From the NCBI GenBank assembly GCA_963817955.1, contig CAWFQK010000003.1:96001-160000 (forward strand): a stretch of 64,000 nt of DNA, written 5' to 3'. The position numbers and the translations under genes were made by a program. The notes beneath the pieces are model-generated. The model saw nothing but the letters and a program-made list of their open reading frames with translations. It was not told the origin of the DNA and did not search any database. Source of the stretch: an uncultured Gemmatimonadaceae bacterium (GTDB lineage Bacteria > Gemmatimonadota > Gemmatimonadetes > Gemmatimonadales > Gemmatimonadaceae). Shown piece by piece: positions 63,159-64,000 of this stretch (positions are counted from its first letter, which is position 1; each line of letters begins with the position of its first letter).

Positions 63159-64000
63159 ATGACCAACCGAGTTGCATGCGCGATGATTCTGGCGAACCTG
63201 GTGGTGTGGGGCTCTCCCGCTCGCGGCCAAGCGACGAAGGCCGCCGCGCCGGCGACGAGGGCGGCAGTCGGACCGTTCGACGTGGAAATCGTCCAACGGG
63301 CCGCAGCGTTGCTTTCGTCTCCGCAGCGCTGGAATCGCGTCGACAACGGGAAGTGCCCGCGCACGGACACGACATACAGCGTTCGGTGTGCCTTGCGCCG
63401 CGCCGCGCCGTGGTCGAGGGCGCGGGGCTGGTGTGGAATCCCAATCCCGTTGCGGCGAGCACACGGTTATCGGCGGCGCGGATCGATTGCTCGATAGATG
63501 TTTCTGCTGACCATCCGGGCGGATCGTGCGGCACGCTGTGGGACGAGGTTCCCGTGGTCATCCTCTCGCGTGCCAAAGCGAACACCAGCGGCGCGTGGCG
63601 TAAGGACACGCGGCCGACCGAAGTGTGGGCCGGCACGATGGCCGACGCGGAGGGTCCGGTGGACTACGAGAGCCTCCACGGCGTCGAGATGGTGGCTCGG
63701 CGGCAAGCGTCCGACCAGCGCATCGACTTCAACAACGACTCGACGACTGGATTTGATGACGTGCGGGCGTACTTCCCGCGTTGGAAGGGCGTGTGCTTCT
63801 GGAGGGCGCGGCGGATCTCGAACACGCGACGGACAGGGTGGAGATCGAGATCTACGAGGGCGGCAATGGCGTGATCAGGACGTACAACGGCTGGTTCGCG
63901 GTCTCCGGCTTCAGTCTGCGCGGCTCCACCATGCGGTTTCAGATCGATACGACGAAAGAGATTGTGCCGAATGCGCTCGACCGCGAGATCGTGGACGAGC
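63159..64000 (+). pseudogene. Secreted hypothetical protein with two apparent frameshifts, runs off the window
   Basis: Signal peptide; D.EIV.RA..LLSS...WNR.D...C...YS..CAL; continues in other frames near 63405 and 63780; a second LDREIV unit begins at the window end. Confidence 0.55.

Overview
High-GC bacterial chromosome segment; gene content suggests Gemmatimonadota (inference). About 1-24 kb is the conserved replication-origin region: mnmE-MBL hydrolase-yidC-yidD-rnpA-rpmH divergent from dnaA-oriC-dnaN, then RNase P RNA (rnpB), an AraC regulator, pyrE, kinases, a cold-shock gene, polA, a pilin, transporters and a non-coding 21-bp-period tandem array. About 24-33 kb is a decayed accessory island: an internally deleted IS91-like element (tyrosine recombinase plus HUH transposase) whose inverted ends match attC core motifs, heading a cluster of attC sites with no integrase in the window, plus three toxin-antitoxin loci, an IS110 remnant and several pseudogenes. 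About 33-64 kb holds PAS kinases, an Oar/TonB-type outer-membrane protein, a DUF11-repeat lipoprotein interrupted by a G10 tract, a divergent operon of lgt plus PlsR/PlsA-like genes, a truncated type III restriction subunit, a MacAB-TolC exporter and higBA followed by a decayed attC. No tRNA, rRNA, CRISPR array or intI was recognised. All calls come from reading motifs by eye; no searches were run.
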